Shown here in pieces: positions 23,521 through 36,079 of a stretch of 64,000 nt of DNA. The stretch is from NCBI GenBank assembly GCA_032718475.1, contig JAUCBJ010003681.1, forward strand, positions 1-64,000, given 5' to 3'. The stretch's first letter is position 1. Each line of letters opens with the position of its first letter. This stretch comes from Nemertoderma westbladi. Its lineage: Eukaryota; Animalia; Xenacoelomorpha. Under the pieces are notes generated by a model that saw only the letters and a program-made list of their open reading frames with translations, had not been told where the DNA came from and did not search any database. The position numbers and the translations under genes are program-made.

Positions 23521-25289
23521 TACTGTCGCGGTACTCCGGGTGTCAACAAATCCTCCATCATCCCTCGCATACCTCGACGATATTCCTCTGAAAGCTGTTG
23601 TCGCTGTATATTGACATTATCCATTGGATCATCCTTAGAAGTATCCATTATTATTATGGTAAGAAGCCAATTTATTATTAATCCAACAAAGGCAAACCAA
23701 AGAGTTAATTATTGTTATGGTTATCAGAGTTTGTACGGGTCGGAAATGGCAAGCCGCCCTCTATCCCCAGCCCGACACGGACCCGAGCTGCCCCTGGCCA
23801 CGTTAGTGCCGCTACGCCAATTCCCTATCCAACAGGCGTGGATGAACGGGTGGATGACGCAACGGCTATCGCGCCGGAAAAACTCGAGGCCAGTCGTACC
23901 CAAGGGCTATTCGTCGGGGTAACTAATACCTAACCCAGGAGGCACACTTGGTTCAGGGTGTAACAAATGGACCCCTACAGTCGGCAGCAGGGCTGTAGGC
24001 CATGGATAGGCGGAAGGTAATCAACCAACGGCTAGACATGCTGACAAGGTCGGCGGAAGGTAATCAACCAACGGCGACCTACTGCGAAGACGCTTGTAGG
24101 AGTTGCGACCACAAGCGGTTTACCCCGGTAGAATAGGATATTATTCATTTATACAGATCTGGGTTTACTGTGATATTATTACGTCTTTGTTGGTTATTAT
24201 TTAATTTATTTATTTGTTGGTAGTGTTTGTCTGTATAGTATCGGTGTTTATACTATCGTTGTATTAATGTCGTAATTAAGGGTTGGTGGTATTAAGCTAT
24301 TAATAAATAACATAATAAAGATTTACGCCATCTGGTGACTTAAACTAAGTTTACTCATCCCTTGGGAGAGAGCCACAAAATGGACCGCGACCGTTCCCGT
24401 AATGCTCATTATTACAGTGACTTGAACGGATTTATATGGATGTGATATTGTATTAATAAATATCGAGCTATGTTGGTTCTTGAAATTTCAAGCCAACTAA
24501 TTGACATCTCTTACTGTATGTACTCTGGCAATTGACAAGAAGCGGGAGTAGTAATTAAGACTCGGCATTCAAGTGTGATTGGGCCGTCATAATACAGTAA
24601 GACCAAGGTTTGTTATTGTCATGCGTCATGTTTAATAATGACTTATCATGACTATTACGGTTTATTGTAATTTTATTTGTTACTCCCTTATGTACTTGGG
24701 TTATACAAGAAGTGGCGGGCCGTCTCCAGAATTTACCCAGAGTTTGGTTTAACCGAAATAAAGGATATGGATTCCGCATTCAATTGTATTATCACCGTCA
24801 TCATACAGTTAAAGGGTTTTGGTTGGCTGCGCATCATGTTTAATAATGAATTATCGCAACATTTTATTAATGTTGGGTTCAGGTTTCATGCGTTGTGGGT
24901 ATAACGACTTATCATGAACCTCCCATTTGTATGTTCTAGAATGTTCTAGAACTGAGATCAAGTTTCATGCACTGTGTATAGAACAGTTTATCATGAAACA
25001 TCCCACAGTCCTATGGTTTATTTCATTTTATTTATTCTAGGACTAAGATTAAGTTTCATGCACCGTGTATAAAACGATTTATCATAAAACATCCCATAGT
25101 CCTATTGTTTTTGGGGACGAAGCGATATAGGGATAAATTTTGTTTGCCTGTCAAGCTGAATATATGGCGTATTTTTGTAAAGGTGGGTCAGCGGTGAAAT
25201 TAGGGGTCAGTGGTTAACTTCTACATAACCCGTTCCCACGCTTGAGTGTGATATGCAGCGCACTCAAACGTTACTATGTAGTTAACCAA

Positions 25290-27270
25290 TTATAACAGAA
25301 AGTAAGTTAAGTCTGTTGGCTTAACTTCTTGCTTTCCGTAGTTGCCAGATTCTTCACTTGCCATTTCTAGTAGGCAGAGGCGTCCTATGGGACGATTGAG
25401 TCTCTGTGGAACGAAGTTTAGCTTGCCTTTTTCCCTGAGCACTACTAAATCCACTGATCTTACTAGGCCATCCACGCTAACGTGTGTCTCCACGATGCGC
25501 GCTGTCTGCCAATACTTGCGGGAAAGATCAGAATCTACTACTAAGACCATGTCGCCCACTCTGGCGTTGTCTTTTACCGAAATCCACTTGTTTCTAAGTT
25601 GTATACTGGGGAGGTAAAAGCGCTCAAAGTGGTTTGCGAATCGGGATGACAGTAATTGTGTCATCTTCCAGGTCTGTCGCAATAACTCGTCACCGCCTTC
25701 TGGTGTTGAGACTGGCAACATCACTACTTTCTTTTTCATCAGATAAACATAATAGATAATCATTTCCCAAGATATAACTAGCCATAGTATATTTATAATT
25801 GAGGTGGCTTGCTGTTTTGCTGTTTTGTCCCACTTGTGTATATTCTCGTTTAGTATTCTTTATTATTCTATTGGAGGTTTACATTGTTGACTTCAGCACA
25901 GCCGCATGAATTTCAACGGTTTAGAATTTTTCATTTTTCCAGAATTTTTCGCTTTCAGTTCATGTACTTTTGCTTACAAGGTATTTCGGTACCTTTTGAA
26001 GGTGCCGTTCCTTCTTCAAGGCCTTAGATTTAGTCTCTTGTGCCATTCTTGTTCATAATTGTAATAACATAACATAACAGATAATTAATTGGAAACTTAA
26101 GGTCCGATTATTTAGAGCAGCAGTAGTTCCAGTACTCCTCTATGGGAGTCCATGCTGGGCTCTAGCTGCTGAGGACAACAAATCACTGGATGGCACATTC
26201 ACAAGAATACTTCGTCGTGTTCACTGTGTTTCATTAGAGGTGTCTCATTGGTTCCCCTACTTGAACAAAGCCGCCTCCGCTTTACAGGACCTTGCTTTCG
26301 CCGTGAGGACCAGCCTGTGCACAATTTTGTGCTTTGGCTGCCTCATGGAGAAAATAAGCATGGTGAACAGCCCATGACTGTCTTGAGACACAAGGACACT
26401 GGCCTTGAAGATGCGGATAATCTCGCGAAGGTCATGGAGGATAGGGAGTTGTGGCGGTGTAATTTTGTTGATAAGACGGCATAGCACTAGTGCTTTGTGG
26501 CTGGTCGAGACGGGCATTAGGGGTCGACTGTTTAGATAGGCAGTCACTTCCTCTAAGATGGTATGGAGTATCTCATCCATTAGGTATGCTTTGCAGGGTA
26601 GTATTTGATGGAAAGCTACCTTTAAGCTACGAATTAATCTCTCCCAGCTCCCACCCCACTAGGGTGCGTTTGCGGCGTTAAAGGTCCAGCTGGAAGCGGA
26701 AACCTTCAACAGCTCATCAACTTGATCCTGGTTCCATTCATCTATAGAGCGTGCTATCTCGTTGTTCGCTCCTATAAAGTTCGTGGCCTTGTCGGACTTC
26801 ATTGTATTGCTTCATTGTAGTGGTTCGAGCCCTCTTAACTTCTATTGGTCCAAATAGGTCCACACCTGTATGTGTAAAGGGGGGCTCGTAACAGCTAACG
26901 CGTTCCTTTGGTAAGGGTGCTTCTAACTGAGTCATAGGCTGGCAATACAGTTTCCTACAGGGTAAACAGCTGCGCAGAACTTTGTTTAAGGCTTTTCTGG
27001 GCTTTACAAGATAATAGCGGGTGCGTATTTCACTGAGTATATGTTCCCTCCCCGCGTGCAACAGCTGATTGTCCACATCTTGTATTATTTTGCGTTGAAT
27101 GGCGGGATCGTAGATAATAATAGGGAATATTGTGTCGCGGGAAAGGGGGGCGTTGGTAAGTCAGTCTCCCACTCTGATTAGGCCGTCGAACATCACACTA
27201 GAAAATTTATCATTCGACTGCATAGCGGGATGCTTACTACTAGGATCGGCATGCTGCATTGCAGCTGCAT
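25290..27270 (-). mobile_element. Fragmented BEL/Pao LTR-retrotransposon integrase region
   Basis: DGLIRVGD*LTNA; the zinc-finger region HAGREH...CLPCRK; PLPKERV...PPFTHTGVDLFGP; LNSRPL; and the C-terminal block YLPSIQLRNKW...VGDMVLV...W..ARIVE...DGLVRSV. It is interrupted at ~25720-26490. Confidence 0.88.
26084..26490 (+). mobile_element. 3' fragment of a second RTE-type family
   Basis: RLRFTGPCFRREDQPVHNFVLW. It is a diverged, internally deleted inverted copy of 27278-27735. Confidence 0.85.
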
Positions 27271-27272
27271 TT

Positions 27273-28310
27273 TTAAGAATGCTGTGCCGGCTTGTCAACA
27301 AAATTGCACCGCCACAACTCCCTATCACCCATGACATTTGCTAGATCATCCGCATCTTCAAGGCCAGTGTCCTTTAAGATGCGTCTCAAGAAAGTCATGG
27401 GCTGTCCACCATGCTTATTTACTCCATGAGGCTGCCAAAGTACAAGATTATGCACTGGCTGGTCCTCACGGCGAAAGCAATGTCCTGCAAAGCGGAGCCG
27501 ATTTTGTTCTAGTGTCAAGCTTGGGGGAACCAATGAGACACCTCCAATGTTATATAGTGTCTCGTTGGAGATGTGTGCATTGTACTTGACACAATGAACC
27601 CGGCGTAGCATTCTTGTGAATGTGCCATCCAGAGATTTGGTGTCCTCAGCAGTTAGAGCCCAGCATGGACTCCCGTAGAGGAGTACTGGAACTACTGCTG
27701 CTCTAAATAATCGGACCTTAAGTTTCCGATTAATTCTCGGTGACTTCCAAATCCTGGAAAGCCTATTCAAGGCTGCCCATGCCTTTCCCTTACGTATTCG
27801 AAGGTCCTCACCTGACTTCCGGATCCATGATCCCAGGTAACAGAAGTCGTCCACATGCTCAAGCATACCATCCTTTGAGCTTATGCTCATCCGATCAGAG
27901 ACTTGCTGAGGACTTTCAAAGTTAACGGTCAGAATTTTGGTCTTTCTGGAGTTAATAAAAAGACCAACACTAGAAGCAGCATGTTCTAATGAGCTGAGGA
28001 GCCGTTGGGCTCCCTCTAATGATTCTGAGAGTACTCCTAAGTCATCAGCAAAGTCTAGATCAGTTAGGTACTTGGCAGGATTTCCTCGACTTCTGGAGCC
28101 AGTAGGTGGAGTTATCATCACCCCATCATCTTTATGATGATCTAAGGACATGCGTAGAACATAGTTAACCACAATAATGAACAAGAATGGTGCAAGTGTG
28201 TCTCCTTGGAGGACGCCCCATAACACTTCAAATGGTTCTGTGTCACCGTCAACAGTAGACACAAATGTTGTCGAACCATCGTATACTGATCTGATTGCTG
28301 CAATAATTTA
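27273..28310 (-). mobile_element. 5'-truncated RTE-clade LINE (RT C-terminal half)
   Basis: GVLQGDTLAPFLF, LDFADDL, FCYLGS and RLRFAGHC. Confidence 0.9.
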
Positions 28311-28352
28311 TTATATTATTATATTATTATATTATTATATATTTATAACTTC

Positions 28353-28698
28353 CTAAGTCGTGCGAACGACATACTAAGTCGTGCGAACGACTTAACTAAC
28401 GCGTGCGTACGACTTAGTAACTCGTGCGAACGACTTACTAAGTCGTGCGAACGACATACTAAGTCGTGCGAACGACTTAACTAACGCGTGCGTACGACTT
28501 AGTAACTCGTGCGAACGACATACTAAGTCGTGCGAACGACATACTAAGTCGTGCGAACGACATACTAAGTCGTGCGAACGACTTAACTAACGCGTGCGTA
28601 CGACTTAGTACCTCGTGCGAACGACATACTAAGTCGTGCGAACGACTTAACTAACGCGTGCGAACGACTTAGTAACTCGTGCGAACGACTTACTAACT
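28353..28698. repeat. ~21-bp minisatellite with an internal palindrome (AAGTCGT-GCGA-ACGACTT)
   Basis: About 16 units in three alternating variants (TAAGTCGTGCGAACGAC, TAACGCGTGCGTACGAC, TAACTCGTGCGAACGAC). Confidence 0.9.
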
Positions 28699-30252
28699 TT
28701 ACTTTGATTGGCTAAATAATACTGAAGTAATAAAAGTACAACCTTTTTAGCGGGATAATATATTTAACATATTAATTTTACTTTAACTTATTCAGTAAAT
28801 AGCTGTATTATCTACGGTCAGCGCTGTATTATAGTGTCAGGTGTTGTTGCTGTGTTGCTGTGTTTCTGTGTTCCCATCTCACTATTGTATCGAACAGCTG
28901 TAGTCGAAATCTCAGGTTTTGGGGGGAGGTGAGATATTAGGACCATGAATTTTCTAACTGACAGGTTTCGTTGCATTGCTTGGATCAAACTTATCCTGTA
29001 TTCTATAATGCGTGATATTTTACTCTCCGGCGTCGGTAGAGGTGAAGAAGTGTGTTGTTGGTTTGCCTCTGCGTCATTGGGGGCGGGGGGGGGGGGGGGG
29101 GGGGTAATATTTAATATTTAATTTTATAGAGTAGATTTAATTTCATGGAGTAATCTAACTCTATCATAATATTTATTACTTCATCTTCATGGAGTAATCT
29201 AGCTCCATCCTCGTGACCGCGGACCCTGCCCTATCAGAGGGTCTCTACGATCCCCTCTCTGCTCCCCCAGCCCCCGCACCCATTCCATCGCTGGTCAGAC
29301 TGCTTGACTTTTAATTTTAGGTGTTACTGTATTACTTGGAAGGCTTTGTGAAGACGATTGTTCGACCACATATTTATTAATTATTATCGATTAATGTTTA
29401 CTATTGATTTCTCTGACAAAGATTATTGTAATGTTTATGTAATATTAGTACATAAGGTTAGTAGAAAGTGTATTTATCTATAACCCCCCTGACCCTAATA
29501 TATTTTCGTAATTTGTTTTTGTTTATTTATTTTATTTCTTTCATAATGACGAAGCTCATTAGTATTTTGGGACAGGTTTAAGGCTATCACATTAAATTTT
29601 ATCCTAGAGATCCAAGATCCAAGATCCATAAACTTAGATTTTACTAAATTATGTGAAGATATAATGACATTCACATCATGTTTAGGTGGTTAGGCAAGCC
29701 GCTGAAATCCAATTTTTTTGCTCAGCGGGCACAAAAATGGTTTTATCAAAAAAGTCACTCGATTTTATTAACCCTTTGTACACAAACTTAATTGTGTGCA
29801 AATCTCTTGAAGTGGCGATTTTCACCTTCACATCGTGAGTAGTTGTTATAAAACAACACCTCTCTCACTGAAATGTTACCAAGTTGCTAAAATAGTTTGC
29901 CAATTTAGTCTCTAAAATGAAAATGCAAGTTCAGTTAGTAAGTAGGTCTACATATTAATTAACATTATGGCAATTTGCTTAGTTATATTTTTTAAATATT
30001 TAATATAGCAATCTATATTACATGTATACACGAATAATCAAATCCTTTCTAATAATAATAATGTAATAAATGATGATTGTGAAATCTAAGTCCGGCAAAA
30101 AACAAGGCACAAAGTTGTCTTCGTTTGTAGAGTGAGTTTAGGTGTTTTACGCCCCACATTTAAGTCGATGGAGTTGAGATTTCTGACTTATATGCCAGTT
30201 AGTTGGAGGGTTGAACTGCCTTGGCCAGTTTCGGGTTCTGGTCTCTCATTTC

Positions 30253-30582
30253 CTACAACACTGTCTCCTCCGACTGTTGTGTGTCGTCTGTCAGTGCCAG
30301 TAGACTGTGTGGGTATGAGTATGGCGGTGGTGAGGACATGGAGTCAGAAGGTGATAATGAGCAGGATAGGTAGGAGTTGTAACCGGGGGGTTTCGAAGAA
30401 TCGCAACTGGCGCACCCAGGCTGGTCGTTGCAAGTCTGACTCTCATGTAGTTGACAGCGCCTCCTTCTGTTTGTATTTCGTGTGGTGGTCAGGAAGACTT
30501 TATGGATAATTGTTGACGCAGCGAGAATGTTGACCACCATAAATATTGCATACAAACATACAAGGAATGGCATCCGATCGGC
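30253..30582 (-). CDS. Host gene, last coding exon: four-TM membrane protein with PPxY tail (LAPTM/DUF4728-like)
   Basis: Acceptor TTTTTAG|GCC, phase 0. Translates to ADRMPFLVCLYAIFMVVNILAASTIIHKVFL...KPPGY...SPPPYSY...EETVL*. Confidence 0.8.
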   Translation of the reverse strand, partial: ADRMPFLVCLYAIFMVVNILAASTIIHKVFLTTTRNTNRRRRCQLHESQTCNDQPGCASCDSSKPPGYNSYLSCSLSPSDSMSSPPPYSYPHSLLALTDDTQQSEETVL

Positions 30583-30769
30583 CTAAAAATTCAAAGTAAA
30601 TATATTTCAATAATATATATATATTTAATATATATATTTAACTTTATTTATATTTAATAATACAAAAATACATACTATATTATACGATATGCAACTACTG
30701 GTACATATAAAAAATCTATATACGCAAATATATTATGTTATATATTATTACATTGGAACATCCTGAAAA

Positions 30770-31075
30770 ATGAAGACGTTTAGACGTAGTAAAAACGAAC
30801 CTAACATTCAAAGCTTCTGTAAGTTTGAACACCGATGTCGGGGAACCAATCTGTTTGTTCGAAAGTTGCGTGGACTTATATCTAGGTCTTGCATACGGCC
30901 AGTTCGGTTCGTTTTCATTACAACTAAACTGCGCCAGTCACTCCCATCTCTAAAACATCCCGTCCCGGCTTGCGTCTAATGTCATTTACTCTTTCTCTTG
31001 TCCCTTTTGTAAGGGGGAATATGTTGGACTTATCATCCAACACTTGTCTGAACGCGTTAGACAGCACCAGGATGG
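30770..31075 (+). mobile_element. Penelope-like element fragment (GIY-YIG endonuclease)
   Basis: VRFVFITTKLRQSLPSLK followed, after a frameshift, by ASNVIYSFSCPFCKGEYVGLIIQHLSERVRQH, matching the PLE pattern VIY...C..C...YVG....L..R...H. Confidence 0.8.
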
Positions 31076-31614
31076 GACAGCCAATGATGGGAGCGAACAG
31101 GGTAATACTGTGCACAATCACATCATGACGCACCGCGGCTAGCCCAATACACGTTGGCTGACTGACTGGCGTGAATTGTTTAAACATTTCACTGTAATTA
31201 CTAGATACCCATTCCGGCCAGTATTTCAAAAGCTTGAAATGTATTATATTCAAACAAGCACACCCTCTATCAACAAGCAGAAACGTGATTGGTGCAAGTT
31301 TGTGGTGCTGCTTCCCAGTGGTTAGTTACCTACATTACAGACCTCTCTCTTCAATTCAATACCCTTCCGTCCCCCTTTAGGAATCTATATCTCCATTTCC
31401 TGGCTTGGCCTCCTGAGAATGCCTTCAGCTGCGGGGCGAAACCTACTGGTCAGCTGGCTGCTGTCAGCTGATCACTGATTGTGACATTAAGCATAAATCT
31501 GACATTAAAGCTTTTATGGCCCTCATTCTATTATTTCATTATACATAATTTCATTATATTAAAATCACTTGTGCCGTAACGCTATAAAGTGCTACTATAT
31601 GGCCATTGACGCGG

Positions 31615-31790
31615 TCCCAATATCGTGGTATCCGAGTGGATACAGCACCTTAACTGCTGTCTCAGTAGTGTTTGGCGGCGCAGGATCGAATCCGTCTAAA
31701 GGCTGTAGAAATTTCGCCAGTCGCCTAGCCAAGACAATTAAGACATTGGTGCTTACACTAACCTAGCAGCTGTATAATGGGAACCTGGTG
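31615..31790 (+). mobile_element. tRNA-derived SINE head and body
   Basis: A-box-like TGGTATCCGAGTGG and B box GGATCGAATCC, followed by CAGCTGTATAATGGGAACCTGG, which resembles the conserved central-domain end of metazoan SINEs. Confidence 0.65.
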
Positions 31791-34729
31791 CACTGATAGG
31801 CTGTAATAGTCCCTAAGGGAACCTGGCGCACTGATAGGCTGTAATAGTCCCTAAGGGCGCCCGCAATAAGGGGAAAGTGGCGCACTGATAGGCTGTAATA
31901 GTCCCTGAGGGAACCCGCAATAATGGGAACCTGGCGCACTGATAGGCTGTAATAGACCCTAAAGGAACCTGGCGCACTGATAGGCTGTAATAGTCCCTAA
32001 GTGAACCTGGTGCACTGATAGGCTGTAATAGTCCCTAAGGGAACCTGGCGCACTGATAGGCTGTAATCGTCCCTAAGGGAACCTGGCGCACTGATAGGCT
32101 GTAATAGTCCCTTAGGGCGCACGCAATAATGGGAACCTGGCGCCCTGATAGGCTGTAATAGACCCTAAGGGCGCCCGCAATAATGGGAACCTGGCGCACT
32201 GATAGGCTGTAATAGACCCTAAGGGAACCTGGCGCACTGATAGGCTGTAATAGTCCCTAAGGGAACCTGGCGCACTGATAGGCTGTAATAGTCCCTTAGG
32301 GCGCACGCAATAATGGGAACTTGGCGCACTGATAGGCTGTAATAGACCCTAAGGGAACCTGGCGCACTGATAGGCTGTAATAGTCCCTAAGGGAACCTGG
32401 CGCACTGATAGACTGTTGTAATAGTCCCTTAGTGAGGCTAGGCTACGCGTAGTTGAATATCGATCATTGGTTGATGCAATGCGAATGAATGGGGGTGGCA
32501 GATGGTCGTCGTAAATGTATCAAAATTTCGCATTTTCAATAGCCCTCCGAGCGGAAATCCCATAGAGAAGCATAGGGAGGACTTACCAGGGGGACCCTCT
32601 TCCTCTACTACTCACCCTATCGGTAATTAATTTCCGTATCAATCAAATCATTATTACATTACTATCGCTTCATTTGATGTCTGTGAACCTAACTAATGAA
32701 CTGTATAATTTATAAATATTGTCTCCTTTTGCTTCATAATTAATGTCAATCTTAATGTTATTTCAACTATTGTTTCTTATTTAACTTTGCCCAAATCTCA
32801 TATCAAACCAATAATAAACACAATAATCTACTGATTATGTTATACTTATATTTGCAAACTTATTATATATATACATACGCCTATGACATCTAATTGTAAA
32901 TTTTAATCTGTATCTCTGAATGTCTTATACCGATTTTAATATGTGTCAATCTTGTGCACTTTTATTATATGTTCTTGTGCAATTTTATGTCAATTTTATT
33001 TGATTAAAACAATGAAATGAAATGAGTCCCTAAAGGAACCTGGCGCACTGATAGGCTGTAATAGACCCTAAGGGCGCCCGCAATAATGGGAACCTGGCGC
33101 ACTGATAGGTTGTAATAGTCCCTAAGGGAACCTGGCGCACTGATAGGCTGTAATAGACCCTAAGGGCGCCCGCAATAATGGGAACCTGGCGCACTGATAG
33201 GCTGTAATAGTCCCTAAGGGAACCTGGCGCACTGATAGGCTGTAATAGACCCTAAGGGCGCCCGCAATAATGGGAACCTGGCGCACTGATAGGCTGTAAT
33301 AGTCCCTAAGGGAACCTGGCGCACTGATAGGCTGTAATAGTCCCTAAGGGAACCTGGCGCACTGATAGGCTGTAATAGTCCCTTAGGGCGCACGCAATAA
33401 TGGGAACCTGGCGCACTGATAGGCTGTAATAGCCCCTAAGGGAGCTGGCGCACTGATAGGCTGTAATAGTCCCTAAGGGAACCTGGCGCACTGATAGGCT
33501 GTAATAGTCCCTTAGGGCGCACGCAATAATGGGAACCTGGCGCCCTGATAGGCTGTAATAGACCCTAAGGGAACCTGGCGCACTGATAGGCTGTAATAGA
33601 CCCTAAGGGAACCTGGCGCACTGATAGACTGTAATAGACCCTAAGGGCGCCCGCAATAATGGGAACCTGGCGCACTGATAGGCTGTAATAGTCCCTAAGG
33701 GAACCTGGCGCACTGATAGGCTGTAATAGTCCCTAAGGGCGCCCGCAATAATGGGAACCTGGTGCACTGATAGGCTGTAATAGTCCCTAAGGGAGCTGGC
33801 GCACTGATAGGCTGTAATAGTCCCTAAGGGCGCCCGCAATAATGGGAACCTGGCGCACTGATAGGCTGTAATCGTCCCTAAGGGAACCTGGCGCACTGAT
33901 AGGCTGTAATAGTCCCTTAGGGCGCACGCAATAATGGGAACCTGGTGCACTGATAGGCTGTAATAGACCCTAAGGGAACCTGGCGAAATGATAGGCTGTA
34001 ATAGTCCCTAAGGGAACCTGGCGCACTGATAGGCTGTAATAGTCCCTAAGGGAGCTGGCGCACTGATAGGCTGTAATAGTCCCTAAGGGAACCTGGCGCA
34101 CTGATAGGCTGTAATAGTCCCTTAGGGCGCACGCAATAATGGGAACCTGGCGCCCTGATAGGCTGTAATAGACCCTAAGGGCGCCCGCAATAATGGGAAC
34201 CTGGCGCACTGATAGGCTGTAATAGTCCCTAAGGGAACCTGGCGCACTGATAGGCTGTAATAGTCCCTAAGGGAACCTGGCGCACTGATAGGCTGTAATA
34301 GTCCCTTAGGGCGCACGCAATAATGGGAACCTGGCGCCCTGATAGGCTGTAATAGACCCTAAGGGAACCTGGCGCACTGATAGGCTGTAATAGTCCCTTA
34401 GGGCGCACGCAATAATGGGAACCTGGCGCACTGATAGGCTGTAATAGTCCCTAAGGGAACCTGGCGCACTGATAGGCTGTAATAGTCCCTAAGGGAACCT
34501 GGCGCACTGATAGGCTGTAATAGTCCCTAAGGGAACCTGGCGCACTGATAGGCTGTAATAGACCCTAAGGGAACCTGGCGCACTGATAGGCTGTAATAGA
34601 CCCTAAGGGCGCCCGCAATAACGGGAACCTGGCGCACTGATAGGCTGTAATAGACCCTAAGGGCGCCCGCAATAATGGGAACCTGGCGCACTGATAGGCT
34701 GTAATAGACCCTAAGGGCGCCCGCAATAA
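31777..34729. repeat. Composite 38/54-bp minisatellite in two blocks (31777-32432, 33026-34729)
   Basis: The 38-bp unit is GGGAACCTGGCGCACTGATAGGCTGTAATAGTCCCTAA, with an optional 16-bp module GGGCGCCCGCAATAAT. Confidence 0.95.
32433..33025 (+). mobile_element. ~590-bp non-coding insertion ending in (TGAAA)n, probably a LINE 3' end
   Basis: It splits the minisatellite, ends AATGAAATGAAATGA, and has AGTCCCT on both sides (possible TSD). Confidence 0.55.
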
Positions 34730-34774
34730 CAAATAATTATATGAATAATATTCTTTATTTATTTATTAATATAC

Positions 34775-34939
34775 CTTACTACTGAATAAAGCTGTTGTGG
34801 CAAAAACGGATTGTTCTGAACAGTGCATGTTGCTCATAATCTCCCAGAAATGCGCCCAGCAATAAATCATTGTGGTTGGATCAAACAGAATGTGTAGTAT
34901 CGCCATGACCACCCAAGGTATTGCCAGGGATGCGTTTTT
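34775..34939 (-). CDS. Host gene, internal exon (165 bp, phase 0-0)
   Basis: Acceptor TTTATTTTAG|AAA and donor AAG|GTATAT. Translates to KNASLAIPWVVMAILHILFDPTTMIYCWAHFWEIMSNMHCSEQSVFATTALFSSK, in frame with both neighbouring exons. Confidence 0.8.
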
Positions 34940-36079
34940 CTAAAATAAATATTTGTAATATTGAATTATAATTGTAATGTAATAATGGTAATAATATCTA
35001 ATTGTAATATTTGTCTGATCCGCCACCTAGCACAGACGCTTGTGGCTCGACGGCAGGGGATGCGCGAATGAGGCCTAGCATCCGTCATCGGTGGAGTTTG
35101 GAGGCGGCTCCAGTTCGCGCTCATCCGCTCCAATTCCCTCTGCTTACGTGGAGGCCGGTGGTCGTGGAGGGCACTTGGTTTTGGGGATGGTGCGGGTCTG
35201 AGAGGGTCTGACCTAATAGAACACTACTAACTTTAATATATTTTTAACTTGGTTTGGTGATTGTGATAGATAGATAGATTTATACATAATGTAAAAAACA
35301 ATAACAAATACACCAAACAATGTACCGGTATAAAGGTATTGTCCAACATAACATATAGGATTACCCCTAAAGCTTTGCAGCTTATTTCCAAGGGGGTCCT
35401 TTATGTTACTTGGTTACAAATACAATATTACACTACGCTAACCTAAAACCAATATAAAACGTAATTACACTATGTACATGTACAACTTTACCGAGAGCGT
35501 GACAATGTCCGACTCAACGATAAAGATGTAATGTACAGAACAATTTATTATAAAACGTAATTACAGTATAAATAGTAAATAATTAATAAACTAATAACTT
35601 ACTGTAGGACTATTGTACCTATTTTTACATTGCACACGGAGGTGAGATTTAACTGCTGATTTAAAAGAATGTTGATTATTTAGGTTTTTAATTTCATTAG
35701 GCAGAGCGTTCCAATTTTTAATGCCGTTAAAAAAGAAAGTATCAGATTCAAAGGATTTACAATTCGGGAGGTAGAAGTTTGAAGCACTAGCTCTGGTACT
35801 GTAAGAGTGTGTATCGCGTACTCTGTTGAATTTTTGTTTTAGGTAATTGGGACATTTACCATTATACACTTTTTGCACATGGTTAAGGCGTAGCTGCTTA
35901 ACTCTACTATCTAAGTTAAGTAGTCCAGATTCAGAAAAGTCATCTGGAGTTAGGTGGTGTCTAGGTTTGTAGTCTTTAATAAATCGTACTACTTTATTCT
36001 GAGCTACTTGTAATTTACATTTAAGCTGTTAGGTTAAGCCTTCATACCAAGAAGAGCACGCATAGTCCATGTGACACTG

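Larger units (their letters stand above)
19888..24127 (+). repeat. ~600-bp direct repeat flanking the RTE (19888-20475 and 23518-24127)
   Basis: The first ~215 bp look identical in both copies. The remaining RTE 5'-UTR part differs by a few substitutions and a ~22-bp indel. Confidence 0.95.

Noticed and set aside
19888-24127. Interpretation as an LTR retrotransposon
   Set aside because: The interior is APE plus a non-LTR RT with a (TAG)n tail. The repeats lack TG...CA ends, a PBS and a PPT.
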